Shown here in pieces: positions 48,908 to 57,820 of a stretch of 64,000 bases of DNA; positions within the stretch are counted from its first letter, which is position 1; the number at the start of each line of letters is the position of its first letter. The translations under genes were made by a program, and so were the position numbers. The notes under the pieces are model-generated. The model was not told the origin of the DNA and made no database searches. It saw only the letters and a program-made list of their open reading frames with translations. This stretch comes from an uncultured Spirochaetota bacterium (GTDB lineage Bacteria > Spirochaetota > Brevinematia > Brevinematales > JAOACQ01): assembly GCA_963783575.1 (NCBI GenBank), contig CAWAOD010000011.1, forward strand, positions 320,001 through 384,000, read 5' to 3'.

Positions 48908-50629
48908 TTAATACTTTATTTTTAACTCCCCATATGCTGAACTACCTGGGAAGTATCGGAATCCTAAGAATATTTCTTCCTTATATAAAGCAAATGCCGT
49001 CAACGGCATAGCGACCAGAAAACTGCTTGCAATAGCATAAAATTTAGCATTTTGATTTATCTGCGAATAATTATTATAATTATCTTTTGCATTCATATCA
49101 TTTGGGTTTGCAAAATATTGATCGGCATAATAATTCATTTTGTAATCGGTATAAATATCAAACCCCGTAAATCCTGCTGTCAAAAGCCAGCCTCCGAACG
49201 CCATCCACCAGGCAATCTTCTTTTCGGATGTTGTTGATCCCTCATGATTCATTAATACTGCATTTATTGATATAGTTTGATTTTTATTCGTTAAAGTAAA
49301 GTTTTGAAAATATGGGAAATAATTGGTTGAATCATTTAAAATGACTTTTACTCGGTGTTCACTATCCATAATAAGGTTTGTTACCACAGCCGGGGTTATT
49401 CCATAGTAATCGGAATCTATGAAGACCAGTGAGTTTGATGGGGTTGAATCTATTTTAACAATGCCGCCTGTTAATTGTTTGACTATGGATTTATAGATAT
49501 TATTAGTAATATTTTCATTGATATCAGCAACAGCAACTACCTGATGGTAGCCTTCTTTTAAGAAAGTAAACTGGTGGCTGCCGATCGGTACTGCGGGGTA
49601 ATACAACGGGCTTTTACCGATAAAAACACCGTCAAGATAAATATTAGCGTTTTCGGGTTTTGTGATAATCATCACATCCCCATTTTTTTTATTTATTATC
49701 ATATCCCTTAATGGCTTTAGAAAATCATACATATTGTCAGATAAGCTGTCTTCTCTGGATTGGAGTGAAAATTTATTTGCGTTGGTTACCCCGGCGATTT
49801 TCTCAATATAAATATTTACATTAAGATTATTAGGGCCTCTTTCTTTAGAAATAACTGTAAAATCACCTGTAATATAGGCATTTAAATTCATCAAATTAGT
49901 ACTGGTATTCATTGTATTTGTAATTTTTGTAGAATTCGTCATATTTGTGATATTCTGTGTATTTGTTGTATAAAAGTCCTTTTGTACGGAAATAGGCATA
50001 TAAGAAACAATATTTGTCAGGTCGGGAAATTCATTTATTATAAGGTTAGTAAACATATCGTCCTGGACAATACCTTTATTTGTCGCAATAATATTTGTTA
50101 CTATAAAATTTGTCGTTAAATTCATCGTATTATTGGTTATTATTACAAATTGAACTTGCATCATCTTAAGCTTCTTTTTTTGATCTGTTATCTCGACGTT
50201 ATTCGAATTTGTTGTTATATTTTCAATTATATTTGTAACTATTTCCTTCCTTGATTGTGTTATTGAATAATCAACGTTGGTAATGTAATTTGAAAATATT
50301 GAATTGGAAATAGTAATTAGTTGTTGAACATTTGATGTCGCCGATATGCTTATCGATTCAAATGGTATAAAAACCGTCTCATTTTCTATGGGTTTTAAAT
50401 AATTTGCCAGCGTTTCCGGCGCGCCTGTTGTTATATAATCCAGATCGGGATCTTTTGAATTATTTTTAAATTGGGCAATATGGATTACAAAATTAGTCGG
50501 GATTGATTTAATAATTGCTTCTTTAACATCATTCCTTTGTTTGATTGCCTCTTCTTTAATAACTTTTGAACAAGATATAAAGATTAAAAATACTATAATT
50601 ATTAAAAAAATATTATGGAAAAAATTCAT
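48908..50629 (-). CDS. PEGA-domain lipoprotein with TN-rich region
   Basis: Lipobox-like IFISC; two PEGA repeats (TKPENANIYLDG..IGKSP; STPSNSLVFIDSDYYGITP); C-terminal hydrophobic segments. Confidence 0.78.
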   Translation of the reverse strand: MNFFHNIFLIIIVFLIFISCSKVIKEEAIKQRNDVKEAIIKSIPTNFVIHIAQFKNNSKDPDLDYITTGAPETLANYLKPIENETVFIPFESISISATSNVQQLITISNSIFSNYITNVDYSITQSRKEIVTNIIENITTNSNNVEITDQKKKLKMMQVQFVIITNNTMNLTTNFIVTNIIATNKGIVQDDMFTNLIINEFPDLTNIVSYMPISVQKDFYTTNTQNITNMTNSTKITNTMNTSTNLMNLNAYITGDFTVISKERGPNNLNVNIYIEKIAGVTNANKFSLQSREDSLSDNMYDFLKPLRDMIINKKNGDVMIITKPENANIYLDGVFIGKSPLYYPAVPIGSHQFTFLKEGYHQVVAVADINENITNNIYKSIVKQLTGGIVKIDSTPSNSLVFIDSDYYGITPAVVTNLIMDSEHRVKVILNDSTNYFPYFQNFTLTNKNQTISINAVLMNHEGSTTSEKKIAWWMAFGGWLLTAGFTGFDIYTDYKMNYYADQYFANPNDMNAKDNYNNYSQINQNAKFYAIASSFLVAMPLTAFALYKEEIFLGFRYFPGSSAYGELKIKY

Positions 50630-50801
50630 TTTTTATACCTATCAAAATAATAATAGATTTAACAAGAGCGCTCATTTGGTTTGACCTATCTGTTGCCTAA
50701 GAAATTCTCTAAATATCAGGATGGCTTCTTGTTTTTCTTAAAGTATATTATTATAAGACAGATAGAATATAGAGTCAATTTGTAAAACCTTGAATTGTGT
50801 A

Positions 50802-52853
50802 TTACGATTCAAGAACATCCAGTAATTCATAAATTTTCATAGGCGCTTCTTTACCTTTAACATAAATTGAATCCAATTCTCTTACTACAATTGAGTCCTT
50901 TGTTCTTTCATAAGTATTTTCGCTGATTATAATATTTGTCTTATAAAGTTTATTTTCATCCTGCAGATCTTCTGCAAGTGTTGCATTATCTCCGATCGCA
51001 GTATAATTTTTCTTTTTCTCCGATCCGACATTACCCACGGTTAAATTACCTGAATTTAATCCGATCCCGATATTAATCGGTTTATGTCCTAATCGTGCCT
51101 GTTCATCATTAAAATCTTTCAGGGCTTTCATCATTTTAATTGAAGCCTTACAGGCATTTAAAGCATGGTTTTCCAGCTCAATCGGAGTTCCCCAGAAAGC
51201 AACTACAGCATCTCCGATATATTTATCAAGCGTTCCCTGCGTTTCCATAACAATATCTGTCATTTTAGTCAGATAAATATTTAAAAAGCTGATCAATTCA
51301 CCGGCAGTCATTCCTTCAGATAAGGTCGTAAAACTCCGGATATCGGAAAAAAGTATTGTTAAATCCTTTTCCTGTCCCCCAAGTTGAAGCATATCGGGAT
51401 TCTGGATTAAAATATTTACAAGATCCGGATTGACGTACTTTGAAAACGTGGTCTTAATAAACCTCTTTTCCCTTTCTTCGGTCAGTATGATATAGACTTC
51501 CCCGGTTACAAGCACCAGAATACTTATAATAATTGGAAGCAGCGTCAATATTTCGATATTGAACCTGAATAATCCAAATCCAAGAATCAATGGAATTACA
51601 AAAGAAAGAACAAATGCAATTATTGTAGTACGAATACCTTTTGAAAGAAGATATCCGATTAATAAAGTAAAAAGAACAACATATAAAATATTTATCCAAT
51701 CTGGAACATTAATTAAAAAATCCCTGTTCATAATGGTTCCAAGCGCGTATGCAAGATGATCAGTGCCGTTCATTGTTCCAAGGGGAGAAAGCCAATCGTT
51801 TGGCGCTAACCCTGTTATATAAATCCCTACCAGAATAATCGGGTTTCTCGGCAATCCTGCCCTTTCGATATCTTTAACCGCTAGACTTTTCAAATAACCT
51901 GTTTCCGGCGCAGCTTTGTAATTTACAGACAAACGGTATTGAGAATCGACAGGGATTCTGAAATCCTCTTTCCGCCCATTATAAACCGAGTTCCTGATTA
52001 TAATATCGTTTTTTCCTATAATGATATTGCTGATATCCGACTTTAAGAGTTTTACGGACATAGCGAGAGCTGCCGAAGGATAAAAAACGTTTGTTAAATT
52101 TATTTTACCGTTATCAACAAAATAATATGTTACACCCATTATAAGCGGTTCTTTCCTGTAAAGTTCTCCGTCATTGTCCATATTTATTGTGCCGATGAAG
52201 CCAAGAGATTCTGAAATTGCAGGAATTGGGGCTGTTATCTTAGTATAATTTGAAATTTCTATAGAAGGATCGATATTCAGCTCAAAACGCTTCATGTTTT
52301 GGACAACCGCAGAATTATAATCCAGCATCTCTTTTGCACGGAGGGACCTGTCCTGAACCAAATCAAGTTTGATAGTATTGCCTACAGCGCCTTTGTAATT
52401 AACAAGTGCATTTGTAAAGTCTGTGTCGCTTAGGGGATCAGGACTGATTTCATTGAAGTAAAGGTCAAACAGAACAATTTCCGGAAGCTGCTCTTCAGGC
52501 AGGGTATTAAAATGATTGAGAATGCCTGCCCAGACTTTTCTATCTATTTTTAAACTTCCGCCGAATTTATTCTTTGAAAGCTCGTCAATTTGGGCTATAA
52601 AAATTCTTTTATAAAAACCGGTTCCGGCTTGTGTCTTTAATGTTCCCCCTACTGTTTCGACCTTTGTAAACGCTTTTGAAGTAAATCTCCATTTAATTGA
52701 TGTGTTTTCAATATTTCTTGTAAATTCAAAACCGGAAGGAATATAATAAGAACACAGTATTATTAAAATAAAAAATAGTGAAAGAGCTATTATAATTGTA
52801 AGCTTGTTTAATCTAATATTCTTTTTCTTTTGAATATCAATTCTTTTCTCCAT
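50802..52853 (-). CDS. CHASE2 + TM + class III nucleotidyl cyclase (metal-binding, C1-like subunit)
   Basis: IDELS, LFDLYF, three TMs, FSKYV, LGGQ, FSDIRSFT, DKYIGD, YTAIGDNATLAED, VKGK. Confidence 0.9.
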   Translation of the reverse strand: MEKRIDIQKKKNIRLNKLTIIIALSLFFILIILCSYYIPSGFEFTRNIENTSIKWRFTSKAFTKVETVGGTLKTQAGTGFYKRIFIAQIDELSKNKFGGSLKIDRKVWAGILNHFNTLPEEQLPEIVLFDLYFNEISPDPLSDTDFTNALVNYKGAVGNTIKLDLVQDRSLRAKEMLDYNSAVVQNMKRFELNIDPSIEISNYTKITAPIPAISESLGFIGTINMDNDGELYRKEPLIMGVTYYFVDNGKINLTNVFYPSAALAMSVKLLKSDISNIIIGKNDIIIRNSVYNGRKEDFRIPVDSQYRLSVNYKAAPETGYLKSLAVKDIERAGLPRNPIILVGIYITGLAPNDWLSPLGTMNGTDHLAYALGTIMNRDFLINVPDWINILYVVLFTLLIGYLLSKGIRTTIIAFVLSFVIPLILGFGLFRFNIEILTLLPIIISILVLVTGEVYIILTEEREKRFIKTTFSKYVNPDLVNILIQNPDMLQLGGQEKDLTILFSDIRSFTTLSEGMTAGELISFLNIYLTKMTDIVMETQGTLDKYIGDAVVAFWGTPIELENHALNACKASIKMMKALKDFNDEQARLGHKPINIGIGLNSGNLTVGNVGSEKKKNYTAIGDNATLAEDLQDENKLYKTNIIISENTYERTKDSIVVRELDSIYVKGKEAPMKIYELLDVLES

Positions 52854-52865
52854 AATTTCCCCCTG

Positions 52866-54977
52866 TTAATCCCATTTTGTAACATCTAAAAGCTCATATA
52901 TCCTTACGGGTTTTGTTTTACCCTTTACCCTGGTTAAGTCCAATTCCCTTGCTATAACCCACTTTTTTACCAGTTCATAAGTAAATTCACTTATCATTAT
53001 ACTTGTATGAAAGTATTTGTTCAAACCTTTTATTCTGGATGCGAGGTTAACTGAGTCTCCGATCGCTGTGTAATTCTTTTGCTTTTCCGAACCGACATTA
53101 CCGACAATGATATTGCCTGTATTCAACCCAATATTGATATTAATTGGAGGGTAACCCTTTTTAGCCTGGTCTTCATTAAACTGTTTCAGCGCTTCCATCA
53201 TCTTTATTGAGGCCTGACAGGCTTTTAATGCATGGTTTTCCAGATCGATAGGCGCTCCCCAGAATGCCATAACATTGTCGCCTATATACTTGTCAAGCGT
53301 ACCGTCGGAATTTATTACAATATCAGCCATAGTTGAAAAATAACAGTCCATATAATCAATTAGGTCTTTTGGAGTTATGGTTTTTGAAACTTCTTCAAGG
53401 CCTTTTATTGCTGAAAAGAAAACCGTTACTTCTTTATCCTGGCCCCCAAGCTGAATCATATCCGGGTTTTGGATAAGAATATCAACCAGTTTAGGATTGA
53501 GATAGCTAGAAAATGTTGATTTTATGAACCCCTTTTCCTTTTGCTCTGTTAAAAGCATAAAAATCTGGACGCCGACAAGTACAAATACACAATTCAGGAT
53601 TGGAATAAATGTTATAATCTGGTAATTATAAATGAAAAAACCATACCCGACAGCAAGTGGAATTATTACTGATAAGAATCCAGCCGCAATGGTAAATCGG
53701 GTACCCTGAGAAACTAAAAATCCGACCAATAAAACAATTATTAATAAATATAGTATATTAATCCATTGAGGCAAATCATAAATAAAATCTCTCTGCATTA
53801 TTGTCCCCAGCGCATAGGCATTGAGTTCAATACCGAACATTTCTCCCATCGGAGTCGGTTTGATATCATAAGCTCCCAATTTTGAAAACATGCCTACAAA
53901 TATAATGGAATTATCCTGGATTTTAGCTGTTGTTATGTCTTTAAATGACAATCTGCGGATATAACCGCTTGAAGGAAGGGATTTATAATTGATCTTCATC
54001 CGCCATTGGTCATCAACCGGTATTTTATATTCGGTTTTTTGACCGTTGATGACGGCCTCTTTTATTATGATAAATCCCGGTTCAACTGAAACTTTTGATA
54101 AATCGGATTTTAATAAATTAACGGCCATGGAAAGTATTATTGAAGGATAGACTATATTTGTCAATGCCGTTTCTCCGCCGTTCGTGATGTAATAAAAAGT
54201 TTTTACAATCAAAGGTATTTCCATTACAGAGATTTCTGTCTCATTTACATTGGCTACATTGGCGAATCCCGAAAACTTTAGACTTTCTGGAATTTCTTTC
54301 ATAAGTATTGTTGGAATAGGGTAGATTTGCGCATTATCAACTGAAGAAAGCGGGATCTTAAGCTCAAACTTATACATTGCCTGTACTTGCGGTGAATAAT
54401 AATTCAGGCTTTTTTGAACAATTACTTTTTTAAAATAATCATAATTTTCTTTATTCGATTTTTCAACAATCTTGGCCAATTCCTTTGTGGCCCCAAGTAT
54501 TATATCTTCACCGACTAAACCTTTATAATTACTTAAAGATTCTATCATAGCATTATCGCTTTTGAGATTTAAACTATGCTCGGCGAAAATTATATCAAAG
54601 AAAACCATCGGTGGAATTTGCTGTGAATTGAAAGAATTCATCATATCAGCCCATACCTTCCTATCAAAGGGCCAGTTTCCATAAGAATTGATTGTTTCGT
54701 CATCTATTGCGGCAATATAGATATTTTTATAAATTCCCTTCCTGGACTTAGCAAAATCACCCGATTTGTCTGAATCGACCCCGGTCAGCAGGGCTTTTGT
54801 CTGGAATCTCCAGTTTATAGACTGGTTTTCAAAACTTTTTAATTTATCACTGACGCCCAAGAAATCATAGTCTGCCAGGAAATAATAAATACATGTAAAA
54901 AAAAGGAAAATAACAAAAGATATCAAAAATACAAAGAAATATTTATTGATTTTTTTTCTGGATTTTACAGCCCCCAT
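52866..54977 (-). CDS. CHASE2 + TM + class III nucleotidyl cyclase (Asn/Arg-providing, C2-like subunit)
   Basis: IDDETI..WPFDR, FFDIIFAE, three TMs, FSSYL, FSAIKGLE, DKYIGD, YTAIGDSVNLASR, VKGK. Confidence 0.9.
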   Translation of the reverse strand: MGAVKSRKKINKYFFVFLISFVIFLFFTCIYYFLADYDFLGVSDKLKSFENQSINWRFQTKALLTGVDSDKSGDFAKSRKGIYKNIYIAAIDDETINSYGNWPFDRKVWADMMNSFNSQQIPPMVFFDIIFAEHSLNLKSDNAMIESLSNYKGLVGEDIILGATKELAKIVEKSNKENYDYFKKVIVQKSLNYYSPQVQAMYKFELKIPLSSVDNAQIYPIPTILMKEIPESLKFSGFANVANVNETEISVMEIPLIVKTFYYITNGGETALTNIVYPSIILSMAVNLLKSDLSKVSVEPGFIIIKEAVINGQKTEYKIPVDDQWRMKINYKSLPSSGYIRRLSFKDITTAKIQDNSIIFVGMFSKLGAYDIKPTPMGEMFGIELNAYALGTIMQRDFIYDLPQWINILYLLIIVLLVGFLVSQGTRFTIAAGFLSVIIPLAVGYGFFIYNYQIITFIPILNCVFVLVGVQIFMLLTEQKEKGFIKSTFSSYLNPKLVDILIQNPDMIQLGGQDKEVTVFFSAIKGLEEVSKTITPKDLIDYMDCYFSTMADIVINSDGTLDKYIGDNVMAFWGAPIDLENHALKACQASIKMMEALKQFNEDQAKKGYPPININIGLNTGNIIVGNVGSEKQKNYTAIGDSVNLASRIKGLNKYFHTSIMISEFTYELVKKWVIARELDLTRVKGKTKPVRIYELLDVTKWD

Positions 54978-54987
54978 ATGATCCTCC

Positions 54988-57201
54988 CTATTCTATATCA
55001 TTAAGAAATTTGAAAAGAACGCCGCCGAGAGGCGGTAACGCTATTTTTATGGAATACGGCTTTCCCTGCCAGGGAATCGAATCGCTATGTAAATCTCTAT
55101 TATTGATTATATTTGAGCCCCAGAAATCGCTGGAATCCGAATTGAGTATTTCCCTGTAAGTTCCTGTTTTAATTACACCTATTCTATAATCATATCTGGG
55201 GACAGGCGTAAAGTTCAAAGCGACGATAATCTGATCTCCTTTAGAAGACTTTCGGATATAGCTTAAGGTGCTGTTGTCGGAGTCATTGATGTCGATCCAT
55301 TCAAAACCGGCCGGCTCATAGTCTATTTCGTTCAAAGCCGGCTCGTTTTTATATAGGTAGTTTAATTTGGCTACAAGACTTTGAAGCCTATAATGAGGTT
55401 CATATTGAGTAAGATGCCAGTCAAGGCTTTTAGCCTCGCTCCATTCATTCCATTGCCCGAAATCCTGTCCCATGAATAAAAGTTTCTTACCCTGATGTGT
55501 CCACATATAAGTGTATAAAAGTCTTAAATTCGCAAACTTCTGCCAGTTATCGCCCGGCATTTTATTAATCATAGAACATTTGCCATGGACAACCTCGTCA
55601 TGTGAAAAAACAAGTATGAAGTTTTCACTATAAGCGTAAATCATAGAAAAAGTAATAGTACCATGATGGTATTTTCTATAAATCGGATCTTTGCTGAAGT
55701 AAACGAGAGTATCATGCATCCACCCCATATTCCATTTAAATTCAAAGCCAAGCCCTCCAAGGTATACCGGTTTCGAAACTCCTCCAAAAGCAGTTGATTC
55801 TTCGGCGATTGTAGTTATTCCCGGGAATTTTCCGAAAACCTGCTCGTTCATATTCTTCATAAAATTTATGGCTTCAATGTTTTCCCTGCCTCCATACTGG
55901 TTAGGTATCCATTCACCCTCTTTCCGGCTGTAATCAAGGTAAAGCATTGACGCTACCGCATCGACGCGAAGCCCGTCAATATGGTATTTATCTATCCAGA
56001 AAAGCGCGTTTGATACAAGAAAATTCCTGACTTCATTCCTGCCGAAATTAAATATTTTAGTGCCCCAGTCAAGATGTTCCCCCTTCCTCGGGTCCTGATG
56101 TTCATAAAGAGCCGTACCGTCAAATTCGGCAAGGCCATGACCGTCTTTCGGGAAATGACCCGGCACCCAATCGACAATTACACCGATGTCATGCTGATGC
56201 ATGTAATCGACAAAATACATAAAATCTTCGGGATTTCCATAGCGGCTTGTCGGGGCAAAATACCCGGTGACCTGGTATCCCCATGACCCGTCAAAAGGAT
56301 GCTCTGCCACAGGCATCAATTCGATATGTGTAAAACCCATTTTTTCAACATATTCTTCAATTTTAACCGCAAGTTCCCTATATGTCAAAGACCTGAAATC
56401 TTCTTCCGGAACTCTCATCCAGGAGCCTAAGTGAACTTCATAAATAGACATAGGCCTGGAATAATTCCTTGTTTTACTTCTTTTCTTTATCCATTTTTGA
56501 TCATGCCAATCATATTTCTGAATATTCCAGACTATTGAGGCCGATTTCGGCCTTAATTCGGAATAGAATCCGTATGGATCGGCTTTTTCGAGGACCCGAT
56601 TATCGCCGGTTTTAACCGCGTATTTATAAACGCAGCCCTCATCCAATCCGGGTATAAATATCTCCCATATCCCCGAACTTCCCAGTACCCTCATCTGGTG
56701 CCTTCTGCCGTCCCAATTATTGAAATCGCCGATAACACCGGCTGCTTTTGCATTGGGAGCCCAAACGGCAAAAAGGACTCCTTTAATATTGTTGATTTCC
56801 ATAACATGGGCGCCTAATTTATTATATATTTCCTGATGAGAACCTTCATTGAACAGGTGCCTGTCAAACTCGGAGATTACCGGAAGGAAGCAGTACGGGT
56901 CTTTTTCCAGGGTTGTCTTTTTTTTTGAATAAGCTGTCTTTATTTCATATTCAAATACCTCGGTTTTATCAAAGAAAATAATTTCATAAAAACCGCTGCT
57001 ATTAATTTTATTCATTAAATATTCTTTTCCGGTTTCATTTTCTATCACTGATATATTTTTTGCCGCCGGGTTGAAAACCCTTATAGAAACTGCTTTTTTT
57101 TTGTCTATGACAACAGGATGAGCTCCCAGAATCTGATAAGGGTCATGAGATTCAAAATTGATGATTTTCTTTAATAAATCTTCCTGAAACGTGTATGTCA
57201 T
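54988..57201 (-). CDS. glgB: 1,4-alpha-glucan branching enzyme (GH13)
   Basis: [60 protein letters not shown] 57201 follows GAGG. Confidence 0.96.
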   Translation of the reverse strand: MTYTFQEDLLKKIINFESHDPYQILGAHPVVIDKKKAVSIRVFNPAAKNISVIENETGKEYLMNKINSSGFYEIIFFDKTEVFEYEIKTAYSKKKTTLEKDPYCFLPVISEFDRHLFNEGSHQEIYNKLGAHVMEINNIKGVLFAVWAPNAKAAGVIGDFNNWDGRRHQMRVLGSSGIWEIFIPGLDEGCVYKYAVKTGDNRVLEKADPYGFYSELRPKSASIVWNIQKYDWHDQKWIKKRSKTRNYSRPMSIYEVHLGSWMRVPEEDFRSLTYRELAVKIEEYVEKMGFTHIELMPVAEHPFDGSWGYQVTGYFAPTSRYGNPEDFMYFVDYMHQHDIGVIVDWVPGHFPKDGHGLAEFDGTALYEHQDPRKGEHLDWGTKIFNFGRNEVRNFLVSNALFWIDKYHIDGLRVDAVASMLYLDYSRKEGEWIPNQYGGRENIEAINFMKNMNEQVFGKFPGITTIAEESTAFGGVSKPVYLGGLGFEFKWNMGWMHDTLVYFSKDPIYRKYHHGTITFSMIYAYSENFILVFSHDEVVHGKCSMINKMPGDNWQKFANLRLLYTYMWTHQGKKLLFMGQDFGQWNEWSEAKSLDWHLTQYEPHYRLQSLVAKLNYLYKNEPALNEIDYEPAGFEWIDINDSDNSTLSYIRKSSKGDQIIVALNFTPVPRYDYRIGVIKTGTYREILNSDSSDFWGSNIINNRDLHSDSIPWQGKPYSIKIALPPLGGVLFKFLNDIE

Positions 57202-57393
57202 AATCAACCTCGATTTTCTGCCAGATAAAAACGGATTTGAATTTTCATAATTCTGATTGATCGATATTACCAGCAAGAACAGTTTCAATTTACAAAAAAT
57301 ATTGCTAATTTGATTTTGGAATAACCCATATATCATAACAGAAATAAAAAAATATGCAATAGTATTTTTATAAAAAAAAAAGAGGGTGGGTTA

Positions 57394-57536
57394 TTGACGG
57401 GAAGAACGCTCCGGAAGAATGTGACTTTTGCGGCCCTTCGTAACTCGCATCCGTGCTTCGGACAGATCTGCGGGCATGCCGGCGTCCTGCCGGCTCGCAA
57501 AAGTAACATTCTTCCTGTGCTATTCTTACCCGTGAA
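57394..57536. repeat. Long imperfect palindrome (REP/REPIN/MITE-like, 143 bp)
   Basis: About 40-bp arms ttgacgggaagaacgctccggaagaatgtgacttttgcg and cgcaaaagtaacattcttcctgtgctattcttacccgtgaa; internal hairpin gccggc-gtcct-gccggc; GC-rich relative to its surroundings. Confidence 0.75.
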
Positions 57537-57753
57537 TCTTTGCAAAGGAGAGTAGCCGGGAGAATTATAAACGTTTCTTTTTTTGATTATTAATAATCTA
57601 AAATTACCGGTTCTTTCGAGTTATTGGCCGGCTGTTCGGGGGAATTATTTTAACTCAAAGCTTTTTGAATCGCTAAATATTATTCAGTATATAATTGTAA
57701 GCAGCACTATTGCTACGGATGATAAAATTTAGAAACCTGATTTTTAACATATT

Positions 57754-57782
57754 TTGATTATAATCATTGACGGGATTATAAT
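57754..57782 (+). promoter_or_regulatory. Putative sigma70 promoter of the R-M gene
   Basis: TTGATT-N17-TATAAT ending 38 bp before ATG 57821; the palindrome TGATTATAATCA overlaps the -35. Confidence 0.5.
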
Positions 57783-57820
57783 ATGCGTTAATCAATCAAA
57801 ATAAAATAACGGGTAAAAAT

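Noticed and set aside
57202..57545. 45-aa N-terminal extension of GlgB, and ORF 57333-57545
   Set aside because: ATG 57201 has an RBS and matches the expected GlgB start; the small ORF just reads through the palindrome.
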